From Caecitellus pseudoparvulus (taxonomy: Eukaryota; Protista; Bigyra: Bicosoecida): a stretch of 64,000 bases of DNA. Positions 10,911 to 23,700 of the stretch are shown in pieces. A program made the translations under genes and the position numbers. Numbering within the stretch: position 1 is the stretch's first letter; every line of letters starts with the position of its first letter. Below the pieces are notes generated by a model that worked only from the letters and a program-made list of their open reading frames with translations, ran no database searches and was not told the DNA's origin. Location of the stretch: the NCBI GenBank assembly GCA_965644315.1, contig CBFFRQ010000013.1, positions 248,001 to 312,000 of the forward strand, given 5' to 3'.

Positions 10911-13900
10911 ATGGCTGCAGCCAGTGGCCAGCACCAGGCCGAAGCCTTGCTCAAGAGGGCGGCTCCAGTGGACGAGGAGGAGCTCGGCGACTTTCTTGCT
11001 CGGGTTCAGGAAGTTAATGAACAGATTCAGCTCCTGAAAGCAGGGGCCGACCCGGATTCCATCACAGACGTGCGTAGTTGTGGCAGCGTTTCCAACGGAT
11101 GAAACGCTCGCCGCACTTTCCGTCCTTCCACTCCCTTGTGCAGGCTCATGCCCGGGAAAAGGCAGAAAAGGCAGCCAAAGCAGCCGAGCGAGCTAGGGCG
11201 CGACAGGAGGCGGAGGATGAGGAGCGCATTCGTGGCTTAGAGATCTCCCGTCGCCTGGACAAGGAGGCAAAGGTACGTGCTCTGGGCAACGGAGGCTCAT
11301 GGGGCACACGGCAAGGCGGCCGCTTCTCACACCGCGCAGGCATCTGAGATGAAGCGAGAGCGCTTGAAATGGTGGCGGTATGCACTGCTGAGGTTCGGGC
11401 GAGAGCCATCAGACCGCGCAAGCCCGGTGGCCGAAGCGGACGCCGCCGAGCTGGTCGAGGATATTGCAGCCGTCAAGGCAGAGGGTGCTGCCGATGCCAC
11501 AGACGCCGAGAGGGAGGCTGCAGCAAAAAAGCAAGGCTACACTGGCTTGGACTACAGCGTCTGGGAAGCTTGGGAGCCAGATGACCCGGCATCCAAGGAA
11601 GAAGCTGCAGAGGCTGAAGCGGCCAAGCAAAAAGCGGAAGACTCCGCCTTCGAGGCTGCCAACCCCCAGTTCTGCGGGCAGTTTCTGGCCGACATGCGCA
11701 AGCGGCGGGAGAAAGAAGCCCAGAAGGTGGAGGACTCGAAGCGCCTGCGCCTCAAAGGCAATGCTGCGTTCAAGGCAGGCAGGTCGGAGCGTGCACTCAC
11801 CCTGTACCACGAGTGTCTCTCCCTCACCCCCTTCGACGTTGCAGTGTTGAACAATCTGGCTGCTGCGGCTGGTGCAACGGGGCAATTGGAATCCGCTGTG
11901 GACTTCGCAGACCGCTCCCTGTACTTGGATGCGCACCAGCCCAAGGCCCTCTTCCGCCGTGCCGGCCTGCTCCGACGGCTGGGCATGTCCGCCGCTGCGG
12001 TCCTGGACCTAACCCGTGCTGCAGCGGAGAAGCCTGGCAACGCTCAAATCCGCCATGCACTCTTGGATGCGCAGGCAGCGCTTGAAGAAGAGCAAGAGGT
12101 GAAGGCAGCCGACGCCCTGCTGTCAGCAGGTGACTCCAAGGAGCACGAAGGGAGCGACGGTACTTTTTCGGTTCGAATTTGTGCCCCTTCTCCGGCCGAG
12201 TCAGTAACGGACTTGTGTGCCTTCATTGTGGCCGCAGGGGACGAGACCTTTGGTTCCAGAGCACAGGCAGTGGGCCGAGCCTGCACTCTGCTGCACACTG
12301 CACTTCAGCGCGGCTCGCTTGCTGGGGCTGAAGAGACGCCCCTCCCCTCCCCGCTGCAGTGGAGCACAGTCGCAGCACCTGCCGCTCCTGCTCCTGTCCC
12401 CACCACTGCAGCGGTGCTGCACGCGTTGATTCGTCAATCAGGCGCTTTAGACGCGTTGTTACACAAGCTGACTCACCTTTCTCGCTCTTCATTCCCCCGA
12501 AACGGCAACACGGTCCTGCCTCCGATGCTCGCACTCATTGCAGTGGTGTTGGAGCGCCCCCTGTCAGCCTCTGTTGTCCGCGAAGCAAACTGCATTCCAC
12601 TCCTTGCTGGCTGGCTGGCGGGCATTGCTGCAAACGCTGCGACGCCAGCTCTAGCGTTTGTCACGCCGCAAGGCTGGCCCGCGCCGCCAAAGGCGCCCAG
12701 CAGCTCCCACCCGCGTGGAAGGCACACACTTGAACAGTTGTCATTGGCTGGGGTATCATCAGTAGCCTCTGACAAGGTCCCTTCCGCACGCACTGTGGGT
12801 AAGGCAGTGTCCCTCCTTCTCACCGCAGTGCGCCAGGCTCGCCCGCACGATACTGACGGAGAGAAAGACGAGCGGTTCTTGCGTCAGCTTGTGCAAACGG
12901 ATCGCGCCTTGATTCACACAGCACTCCCGCAGCTGCTCCTGTGGATTGTTGCCTGTTTGACTGTGCTGCCCGCACCTGGTGCGGGGGACACTTCCAGCGC
13001 CAGTGTGTCCAGTGACGAGGCACAGCACGCTCAGGAAAGCTGCATGGGATTGTTAGATGACGTAGCCAGCCTGGTGCAGTTCGTGGCCTTGCGTTCAAAC
13101 ACGGATGCTGTGCCCGGTGCTGTGACGGATGGGGCAGTGGAGGCATGGGCCGAAGCCACAGCCTTGTGCCCTGTGCCGCTGCTGCTGCGCTCTATCGGCG
13201 CGGTACTTCCGAGGGCCATGCTTGACGAAGGAGTCCTACTACATCCATGCTTGCAAGCCGCCACGGCCGCCCTTGCGAACTGCGCGCATCACCCAGCGCT
13301 GCGTGAATTCTTTGCGACGCGGATGGACACAGGCAGCGCTGCTGCCCGCGGCGCCACAGCGCTGCAGCCCCTCGTCAGCCTGCTGCACCTGCCTTCTTCA
13401 GACAGCGGCGCGTGGGAGCGCGTGAGCGCTCAGAGCATGGCAGCTCTCACGAATGCGTGCACGCAGTGCCCGGCCGTCGCTGCCGCCGCAGTGGAAGCGG
13501 GGGCGCCCGCTGCCCTCCTTGCTGCCATATCTGCAACGTTGGGGCTAGAGACAGAGGCACCCGTGCCTGCTGTCACGCCCTTGGTCTTGCTGCGCACCAG
13601 TGGCTTGCTTTCTCGGCTGGCCATCATGGATTCGTCGGGCGCGGCTCTGCTGCACCTCCGCAAGGCCTCCACGTGCAAGCAGTTGGCAGGCTGCCTTGGG
13701 GCGCTGATCGACAGGCAAGTGTTTGGCAAGGGCCCCGCGCTCCCCATCTCCGGCAGCGAGGGCGAGCACGTCGCTGGCTGCACGGACTCCCTCGTTTTGC
13801 TGGTTACCGCCATGACCACGACCAAGCAGGCAGCTTCCAGCACAGGGAAGGCTGGTGCCGCAGCAGCAGGTGCAGCTTTAGCTATCCTTATTCGGTGCGG

Positions 13901-14375
13901 TGCTATGGGCTCTCTTGTCGCTTGGCTGGGACACTGTGTGCGGCAGGCGCAGGCAGCTGCCAGGGCCCGTATCGCGCCCACAGTTGCCGCTCTGCCAGCA
14001 GGCGGCGCTGCTGGTGCCGACCCAAGGCTCGTAGAGAGGCTGCCTGTGCCGCCATCTGCGCTGCGCAGTTCCTTGGCACCGCGCCTTAGAGCTTGTGGCA
14101 ATGTGGCCAAGTTCATCACCAACTCGGCTGCAGCTGCCACAGCAGGCGCCGCTGTGGACCCTAGCGATGTCTTCGAGGCAGCCTTGCTTGGCAACGCAGT
14201 GGAGGCCCTCACAGAAGTGGTCAAGGCGGCAGAAGAAGGAAGCCCCGTCCGCCAAAATGCTGCCATCGCGCTTGCTCGCCTGGCGAAGGACCCCGCTTGC
14301 CGTGCAAGGCTTCGCGAGTGTGGCGGCATGGGCGTGCTCATGCAGCTCCACAAGGAGATAGCGCCTGCAAAGTGA
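10911..14375 (+). CDS. TTC12: TPR plus ARM-repeat protein, TTC12-like (dynein-arm assembly co-chaperone); introns 11070-11143 and 11273-11339
   Basis: N-terminal LGDFLARVQEVNEQIQLL, TPR clamp LRLKGNAAFKAG...KALFRRA, C-terminal VRQNAAIALARLA...LRECGGMGVL. Both GT-AG introns restore one frame. Confidence 0.72.
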
Positions 14376-14511
14376 CCCTCGGCAGACAATTTAGTCTCAC
14401 CCATAAACAGCCCAGAAGTTGCACACCCTACATGCCCCATAGCCGCGATATTGCAGGCAGGTCTAGAGCACCAGTTGCTTGGCTCTGCGCTTGGGCAAGG
14501 CTTGCCCCACC

Positions 14512-16211
14512 ATGGCAGCAACCAAGTCGAAGACATGGAGCGAGAAGTTTAGCAGCGCCCGGCGGCGGATGAAGCAGAAAGTGTACGAGTTCGCAGGGCG
14601 TGCAGATTCGAGCAAGGACACTGAAGCGTTCGCCCGTGATGATCATCGGTGCGTTTGGGCTCCGGCGTGGTGCTGCCAGCTGAAACGCCACTGCAACGCC
14701 CGCTGCAGGTTGGAGGCTGCTGTTGCATCACTGCGGGAAATGAAGGTGCACATCACCGAGTTTCTCGAGGGCATGCACATGTTCACGGCGACATCTCAGG
14801 AGCTATGCAGCGATCTTCGAAGCAAGACGGCCCGGCATTCGGCAGCATCTGTGCAGTTGGTGCACGGCACAGGCGACGGTGTGAGGGCGCTGAGCAAGCT
14901 GAATGCGGACATGGACGCATACATCACAACGCAGATGAACCTGAAACTGGCTGTGTATCGGTCCTGTGAGCGAGTGATGACTGAGCGCTTGCTGCGGCCC
15001 ATTGCGGGGCTGCTTGGCAATGTCGACACTGTGCGACACCTGCTGGAGAAGCGCCGTAGGTACCAGACAGATGTCGATGCCTACAAACGCAAGGTACGTT
15101 ACCTCCACGATGCTCACGCCTCCTTGCGCGCTGCAGGCACCCGCTTGCGCCTTCCGCTCTGCAGCTTGACTCTGCGAGAGCGAAGGCCAGCAAAACGGGA
15201 AGCGCCAGCGACCACAGTGAAGTGACGCGTCAAACAAGCAAGCTGCGGGACGCCAAGGATCGCTATGAAGCTGTAGAAGAGAGTGTGACGGCATCTCTGG
15301 ACGCTCTGGAGGCGAGCATGGCTGCCTTGACTGCAGACGTCTTCCACACCCAGGTCGCAGTGACCTTTCAGCTCCATTCCTTTGCTGCAGACGCGCTCAG
15401 CGGCCTCTTGCCAGCGGTGCCACAAGCTGCAACACCCATGGTGGAAGTTTCAAGGTACATCAAGCAAGCCTCTGGTGGGCTCGTGCAAGGCTCTGGCGGC
15501 AGCTCCGCCAGCACTGCCCTTGGCTCGGTCTCTGCAGCTTCGGCCGGCGCTGGGCTGGACGAGCGTGCCAAGAGCGCACAAACGCGCACCCGGGCAGGCT
15601 ACGCCTTCCCAAGTCTGGCAGAGGCCAACCGAGAGGTGGCTCGGGGAGAGTCCTTGCCACCTCACTTGTGGGGCACCGACGCGCCGGCCGCCACCAAGTC
15701 GCAGCCGGGCCGGGTGAGCCTGGAAGGAACCCTTCAGACCCTGCACAACCTCCTGCGCGACCCGGCCACAGACCTGTACGCGATGGAATCAGGATCCTCT
15801 GCACCCTATGCGGGGGAGGCCTTGGCTGGCATCACTGAGGATGTCCCAACACCTCCGCCTGCTTCGTCCCAGTCGGCTGGTGGAGGCGCAGATGAGGGTG
15901 TTGGGGGGGGCTCACGGGGAGAGGCTGATGCCTCCCCCCCATCGACTCCCACAGGGGGCGAATCCGCAACAGGCGGCTTCTTGGCCACAGCTACTTTTGA
16001 CTTTGACTCGGTGGACGCAGACGAAGTGTGCATTGCGGAGGGAGACGTGCTGAGGGTGTCTGAGGCGGAGGGGGAGTGGTGGCGCGGCACCATCATCAAG
16101 GCAGAGCGAGATTTGCCGCCCCCCGGACCGTCCGCCAAGGCCCGCCTGGGCAGCTCCGGACTCTTCCCAGGGTCGTACGTGTCCCGGCAGGAAGGGGGTG
16201 GTGCTCCGTGA
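14512..16211 (+). CDS. BAR domain plus C-terminal SH3 protein (amphiphysin/endophilin-like); introns 14649-14708 and 15094-15164
   Basis: Helical BAR-like region (LLEKRRRYQTDVDAYKRK); SH3 motifs ATFDFD...EGD...EWWRG...GLFPGSYV; the introns join the two ORFs in frame. Confidence 0.82.
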
Positions 16212-16224
16212 AGCTGGGCGCCCG

Positions 16225-17463
16225 TCACATGCGCGGCGTCTCATCCAAGATGCCTGACGAATCCACCATGTCTTGCTTCTTCATCAGCTCCAAGCCTTGC
16301 ACGCCCTGCGGCAGCTTAAAGTGGCCGTCCACGCTGGCCTGCTCCAGCTGCTGCAAGGTGCTCGGCTGCCACACAGGCTTGCGGTCCTTGTCCACGAGCT
16401 GGGCGCGGACGCCTTCGTAGAAATCTACGCCCCGCATGCAGTTCAACGCCACTGCGAACTCCATCTTGAAGACATCCTCCAGGGACATGGTGCTCCCAGC
16501 TTGCTGTGCTTGGAAGGTCACTGCCAGCGAAGTTGGGGAGACGCGCTGGAGAGTCTTGAGGCTGCGCTTGACCCACGTTGCAGAGGCATCGTCCTCGGCA
16601 CGGCTGAGGGCTGCACCCAGCTCCGAGACAATATCAAGGACGCTGTTGTGGGTGAATGCCTGCTCGATCAGGCTTGCGTGCTTCACGTGGTCGGCATCGG
16701 CAGCCAGTGCCGTGACCTCCTCTCGGGAAGCAGCCAGGCCCTGCACCAAGTCCTCCACCTGGGCTCCAGACTGGCATTGGCCCAAATCCGCCTTCAGTGC
16801 AGCCATGGACTCCGGCTTCACGTAGTGTGTTGCCAGGCCTGCTTGCACCGCGGCTGCACCTGTGATGGGTGACCCCGTCAGCGCCATGTACATGCCAAGG
16901 CCTGGGGCCAGCCTGGGCAGGTAGTACGAGCCACCCACATCTGGAAACAGACCGATACCAGTCTCTGGCATGGAGAAGTGCGTGGAATCTGTGGCCACTC
17001 GCACAGAGGCCCCGATTGACACTCCGAAGCCTCCGCCAATGACCAAGCCCTCCAGCAGTGCAACGTATGGCTTGAACGCCGAGCTTCGAGCAATGAGATG
17101 ATCCAGCGTGTACTCTTCCCGGAAGAACGCCTCTTGGGCAGCTCGGGCCTCGGGTGCTCCATCCTTCCCTGCCGTGAGCACCTTGATGTCCCCACCAGCG
17201 CAGAAGGCTCGCCCGCCCGCGCCTTGCAGCACCACAGCTGCCACGGAGGGGTCAGAGTTGAGCTTCAGGAGTTGCTCTGTCAACGTCCGCACCATGCTCA
17301 AATTCAGTGCGTTCATGGCCTTCGGCCGGTTCAGCGTCACCTGCGCCACGGCTGCATGCCGATCGATCAGAACGTCAGGCGCAGTGGTGCAAAGTCCGCA
17401 TGCCCACGGTCCAGTCAGGCTGCGGGCCACCGCCGCACTGCGCTGGCTGGCGCGAGACAGCAT
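16225..17463 (-). CDS. HIBCH: 3-hydroxyisobutyryl-CoA hydrolase, mitochondrial
   Basis: LNRPKAMNAL, RAFCAGGDI, FFREEY, MPETGIGLFPDVG, SPTSL, DFYEGVRAQLVDKDRKPVW; presequence-like N-terminus. Confidence 0.95.
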   Translation of the reverse strand: MLSRASQRSAAVARSLTGPWACGLCTTAPDVLIDRHAAVAQVTLNRPKAMNALNLSMVRTLTEQLLKLNSDPSVAAVVLQGAGGRAFCAGGDIKVLTAGKDGAPEARAAQEAFFREEYTLDHLIARSSAFKPYVALLEGLVIGGGFGVSIGASVRVATDSTHFSMPETGIGLFPDVGGSYYLPRLAPGLGMYMALTGSPITGAAAVQAGLATHYVKPESMAALKADLGQCQSGAQVEDLVQGLAASREEVTALAADADHVKHASLIEQAFTHNSVLDIVSELGAALSRAEDDASATWVKRSLKTLQRVSPTSLAVTFQAQQAGSTMSLEDVFKMEFAVALNCMRGVDFYEGVRAQLVDKDRKPVWQPSTLQQLEQASVDGHFKLPQGVQGLELMKKQDMVDSSGILDETPRM

Positions 17464-17781
17464 GTTGAAAGGCTATGGGACTGTGCACAACAAGGCGCCA
17501 CGACTGCCTCAATTTGCATTCACGAAGGAGTTTTGTTTCCAGTGCCAACCGGCAGTTGAGGGGGAGTTTCAGCACTGCATTTCACTGTCACAAAGAAGAA
17601 TGGTCCGGCCCCAGACGTCCCACCCATACCACCTGCCCATAACTCACAAGCTCTCAATACTGGCTCCTGAAGAATAGTCTGCGAAGTGGATCGGGCGCAC
17701 CCTGCTGAACTGCCTTTGGTGAGGCGCGCGTCCTGTTTGGCAAGCAACGGAAACTCGTGGGGATGGGGGAACCAGCGGGCA

Positions 17782-20700
17782 CTACTGCATGCCCAAGACG
17801 TGACGGGCTTTCTCCGCGGTTGGCGCTTTGCTCTGGATGCCAAGCATGCGGCGGGCTTTATCACCGGCGTCCACCTCCTGCAACCCCAACGTCCCCGCTG
17901 CCTTGCTGCTCACCTCTCCGTTCCGCCCGGTATTTGGCTCATGCACGAAGCTGGACCCACCAGCCCCTGGCGGAGGGGGTGGAACTTGTGCGCCTGCTGA
18001 CGCTGGCGGAGGTGGAGGTGGCGCTTGCAGGCCGGATTGTGGTGGAGGCGGCGGCGGCGCCGTGGCAGTGGTCACTGGCGGAGGAGGGGGGGCTGGGGAG
18101 CCACCTGGTGGCGGGGGCGGGGGGGCCTGTCCAGCCTCACCTTGCGCTGCAGTGGGTGGCTCGGGAGTCGCTTGCGGGATCGCAGCACCCTGAGGAGGTG
18201 GCGGTGGTGGTGACGCCGTTTGCTGGGCAGCTGCTGGCTGGGGCTGGGACTGAGGTTCCGGAGCTGGAGGGGATGTGGTCGGCGTTTGTGCAGCCACCAC
18301 ACCACGTTGGCTTGCCCCCCCAGTGCTGTTGCCACGCATGTAGGCAGTATCAGTGCCAGCTGAGGTGAAGGTGAGAGAGCAAGGCAGCACGCGGTGCAAG
18401 GGTGTCAGGGGAGGGGAGCAGTGGGCAAGTGGCGCGAGGTGGCAGGTGACTTACCGTCTTCTTCTTCGGCCTCGGCATCGATGATGACCCACGAGCGCAC
18501 ATTCACGAAGCCAACAGCAGGCCCGTCTTTCTGGGTCCGCAAACTCAATTCAATTTCTGTGCGAAGGAGGAGAGCGTGTAGTGCGAAGGAGGGGGGGGGG
18601 GCGCATACGTGTGAAAGCAAACTACGCACCAGGCTGTGTCAAAAACTGCTTGTCAAACACTTCATCCAGCTCGTCATTCACAGGGATCACGACAGGGGGC
18701 AGCACTGGGTTGGCCTGGGCAGGCCTTGGGAGCTGGAATGGCGAGACGAAATGCTGCACAGCGTCATGCGTGTCCACGCGCAGGGTGGCAGAGCCGCAGA
18801 ATGCGTGCAGAGGGGTGCTGGCCGGGTCCATCGCAGGCGCCTCGCTCATGGGACATGCCCACACTTGCACAACGACGGTGTTGGGTGTGGCTGTCTTCGT
18901 TGTGGTTTGGGATGGGTCGTCTTCCACGTGCCACTGCCAGATCGTGTTCTCGAACAGGCAGGAGGCGTGTGGAGCCTGCACGACTGCGGGAGGAACCAGC
19001 CCTGCACTGGAGTGCCGCAGCTTCAACTTGCCGGTTTGGGGATTGGTGAAAGCCAACTTGACGATTGCGTACACCTTGCGAGGGCTGTTCTGGCCTTCCG
19101 GATCGTCAGGGAGCATGCCGTCACCCACAGCGGGGACGCTGAGCTGTGAAATGCCAGTGATCATGGCCTTCACAAAAAGAGGCAGCGGCTTCATGGAGGG
19201 GTCCCCTGCTTCTGCAACTGGCATGGGTGCCGGCGCCACAGTGGCTGAAGGTGCTTCGGGTGCCGTTTCAGACTTAGTGGAGGGCAGTGGCGGAGCAGGG
19301 GCGCTGGCTTGCCCGACATGGTCAGCTCCAGGCTGCGGAGCTGAGCTGTGTTGGTCTGGTGGTGGTGGAGGTGCTGTTTGCTGCGGGGGCGGAGGAACTG
19401 GGGCGGCGGGGGGTGCAGGCGGCTGGGCCGGAGGCGGCGGTGCTTTATCAGAGGTCCCAAATGGCCCAGCTGGGGAAGGAGGCTGGCCACGTGCGCCCTG
19501 ATCCACAGCGGCCCGCTGGGGAGGTGGTGCAGGTACCTCCTCAAAGCCCATGCTCTGGCTCCCCGCCCCAGCGGAGGGTGATGCTACCAGGGCTCCCGAC
19601 AGAGACATGCCAGGGGCTGGCAAGCCAGAAGCCACTTCTGTCGGAGCAGGGTGTAAGGAGGCCTCATTTGGCTCGGCAAAACTTGCTGACAAGTCGAAGT
19701 GAGGCTGGGCAAGTTCGAAACAGTCATCGCTTCGGCGTGTCATACCGAACAACGGCTTGAGCAACGAAACCAGCTCGGGGAACGTTCGTGCAGTTGGCTT
19801 GTACAGTCCCGAGCCCAGCTCTGCTTCCATGTACCACTGAATGGTGGCCTGCGCTGCTGGCACTGCGGGCGGCGAGCGCAGTGTTAGGCCTGAGACCCGC
19901 ACAACCCAATTCTTCGGATTCTGAGTCGACTCTGTGGCGACGGAGAACTTGACGTTTGGCACAAAAGCAAAGTCTCCAACATGGCATGGCACAGGCCCTC
20001 CATCGTGCGGCTTCATAGTCGGTGAGCACAGCACCCGGTCACTACCAGAAGGCGGAGCATCACCGGCCGCCGCGAGCTTGCTTTTCGCGACCTCCGAAGG
20101 CAGGGGCGTGTCCCCTGGAAACAACAGAGCATGGGGTGGAGTGTACTGGGGTGAAGAGGGGTCGCTCTTGGGGCCCCGCGCTACCCCTTCCCGCGCCCAA
20201 ACATCGTCTGCTTTTCGGTATGTCAGCCCGCTGGGCAGCTCCCTGACAACGCGGGGCCGCTCACTGAAAAACTCCCCCGTTGCGTTGTACAATCCGCAAC
20301 CAGGCTGCACCTCCCTGAACCACTGCAACCTCAATGAAGCACTCTCAGCAGCTGTACGTTCAACAGTGCCTGCGTCAGGAGGGACCCTGCCGACATAGAC
20401 GGCCGGAAGCGATCCTCCTGACGGAGCCTGGATGGCAGTGATGCGGCACACCCAATACCGGGGGAGGTCTGTGTCCGTATCTGCTCCACCCAAGAAACGC
20501 GCATTCTTCATGTATACAAAGGAGCCAACCGAGAGCTTCTCGCCGTACTTTCCATGGCTGTCTGCTACCGCGTCTGTCACCCCTGCCTTGCCTCCTTGCC
20601 GCGGGCCGTGCGACTTGATGGCAGCCTCGTTGGCTGACAGTGTGTCCTCGTCGACCTCGGGCGCTTCCACCACAGGGAAGCACTGCCAAGCTCTAGTTCC

Positions 20701-23700
20701 CCGGTCGAAAACAGCTGTGCGGAATGGTCGCAAGAGGCTGCTTTGCTCAGAAAATGGGAATCGCGTGGGAGCATACAAGCCACTGCCCAAAGATGTCTCA
20801 CGGTGCCACTCCAACTGAACTTGGCCGCCTGGCTGGATGGTGTTCACCTGGCCGACCCAGTACTTGGGGTTGTCCGGAGAGTGCGGCTTCCCAGCAGCAA
20901 CTGATGCTTCAAACTGAGAGTTCTTCACGTACATGAAGGAGCCCAGCTGCCCTCCTGTTGGAGCAGTTTTCGGTTTACGTGCTTTGCCTCTCTTGGACCT
21001 TCCGCTCGGCTTCTCATCACCTGAGCTCCCGCCTGCTTTGCTTGCCTTGGGCCGATCTGTGCTGCGATGAACCTCCTTGGCACTTCGCCGAGGAATCGAA
21101 GCTTCTGAATCGGTGCCTGACAGCCCGGCAGCAGGCATGGGAGCTGATCCTGCAACAGAGGGGCCTTGACCACCCGTCAGTGGCCCAAGACCACCGCCTC
21201 CAGTGCTCAGGGCTGCTGGTCCATGAGAAGGTGATGGGGAAAGAGCTCCTGCAAAAGCGTTTCGCGGCGGGATGAAGTGAGCACCCGGCGGGGATCCCGC
21301 CGCTGAGGCGGCTGTGGCTACAGCAGCCACATGCTGTGCATATGACTCAGAAGCAGACTGGGGCTTCCCGGCAGGGAGGATGCGCCCGTCAGGAAGCATG
21401 ACCATCTGCACTGGACCGGCTGGCCCGTGCACGATGAAAAATGCGCCATCTTGTGGGCTCGCCACTTGCTCTTCGTCGGAAGCAATGACAGACGGCCGAG
21501 GTGGAGCTGGCTGAGTCGGTGCAGGAGGAAGCGTACCACGAGGCCCAGCCGGTGCGCCACGAGGCCCAGCCGGTGCACCACGAGGTCCAGCCGGTGCGCC
21601 ACGAGGCCCAGCCGGTGCGCCACGAGGCCCAGCCGGTGCACCACGAGGCCCAGCCGGTGCACCACGAGGTCCAGCCGGTGCGCTACGAGGCCCAGCCGGT
21701 GCACCACGAGGCCCAGCCGGTGCGCCACGAGGCCCAGCCGGTGCACCACGAGGCCCAGCCGGTGCGCCACGAGGCCCAGCCGGTGCGCCACGAGGCCCAG
21801 CCGGTGCACCACGAGGCCCAGCCGGTGCACCACGAGGCCCAGCCGGTGCACCACGAGGTCCAGCCGGTGCACCACGAGGTCCAGCCGGTGCGCCACGAGG
21901 CCCAGCCGGTGCACCACGAGGCCCAGCCGGTGCACCATGAGGTCCAGCCGGTGCACCACGAGGCCCAGCCGGTGCACCACGAGGCCCAGCCGGTGCACCA
22001 TGAGGTCCAGTCGGTGCACCACGAGGTCCAGCGGGCACTGGCGCTACGTTAGAGTCACCTTGTTCGGACCTCTTCGCCTGAACTAGTGACCGCGCAGACT
22101 TGCCACGCTGAATGGCTTGAATACGGGTTGCTGCCTCCTCTTTTCTCAGTAGGGACTTTCGACGAGCAAATGTGTGCCGTTGTTTGCGACCACGGTGGAC
22201 TGCCTGGATCCGCGATGCTGCAGCATGGCGCTCCTCTTCCTCTCTGCGGCGTCTCTCGCGCTCCTGAGTCACGAGGGCTCTAGCGGATTTGCCGCGCTGC
22301 ACTGCTTGAATACGACATGCAGCCGTGTTCTTTCGGCGCTCGAGGGCCTGTGCCTGCTCGCGCTCGCGCGCGACAAGTTTTCGTGCAGATTTGCCGCGCT
22401 GCACTGCCTGGATGCGAGAAGCAGCAGAGTGCTCCTTTCTCTGAGACTGAAAGGTGTGCCGCTGTGTGCGACCACGGTGAATGGCCTGAATGCGTGTGGC
22501 AGCGACAGTTTCATCTGGAAGAGGGGCCCGCTGAAGCTCGCCAGTTCGCTGGTTGAACAAACTCCGCACAACTGGCTGCGGGCCACTCGTGCTCTTCGCG
22601 GAGCGCTTTGGAGAGAGAGGTCGCGAGGTAGGAGAACGCGGGTGCCTCCACGATCCCGCTGCTGCTTTGTTGCTGGACGGGTACAGCTCGTCTCCGCCCC
22701 GGGGACTTGGTTGAGGGGGGACAGACTGTGCGAAGACAGCGCGTTGAACTGGTTTGGGCTGCCAAGCCGAGTGCTGCGACTGACGATGAGACTGCCCACC
22801 AGTCTGGCTTCGCCCGCTCCAAACTTCTTCCCACACCTGCTGCTGTGGGGTGTGCTGGAGCTGTGGGCCATATCGAAGTGCGTGAATGTCTTCCTTCAAC
22901 GCAGCCATCTCTTGCGCAAGGGCTGCATCAATGCTTAAGTGTGACGACCGCTGTGTTGGTCTCGGCATGTTTTTGGAACGGCCTCGACTAGGGCTGAAGT
23001 GTCCTCGTCCATGGGAGTTCAAGTCTGAACGTCGATCCCGGGCAGCCACACTTGCTTTGCCTGCAGGGCGCCACACAGGCTTCTTGCCAGGACTCTTGCG
23101 AAGCGTCGACGCAAACCGGCTCTGGGAGGCATTGGAGAAGTTGCGGGCAACTTCAGCATCACCGCCATCTCTGTGGTACAAGCGCTGAGCAGGGCCGACT
23201 CCAGCACTGACGGATCGTGGAGACAAGGCATGAAGGAAGACTTGACTTGGCTGAGGGGAGAAGTGGTCAGGCATCTGTGGTGCCAAATGCATAGCGCCCG
23301 GCATTCCTGAATGCTGCTGGTGCAATGGCGTGGTCATGTGCGGCGGGGGCTGAGGCATCCCACTTGTCGCCGCCTGGGGCAGCTGCTTCGGCTCTCCCAC
23401 ACTGCCTCCTTTCTGGCCGAGCAAGTATGCCTTGTAGTCACGCAGCTGGGCGACCGTCAGCGAAGCCAGCTGCTCTCTAGTCAGCTTGAAAGCTACAGGG
23501 TTTGCACGGCCGGTAGACTCCTTGGGCTGGGGGGGCATCTTGGCTTCCTCCTTCTCGGCGAGAGCTTTAGCGAGCTTTCTAAGCATTTCCTTGTCTTCAG
23601 AAACTGCACTGAGCAATGTACGGGTGTGCTCATTCAAGTGGGACAGCGAACCACTGTTGATTGCCGATGCAAGGTCAGCTTGAACTTCTGTGAAGGAGAA

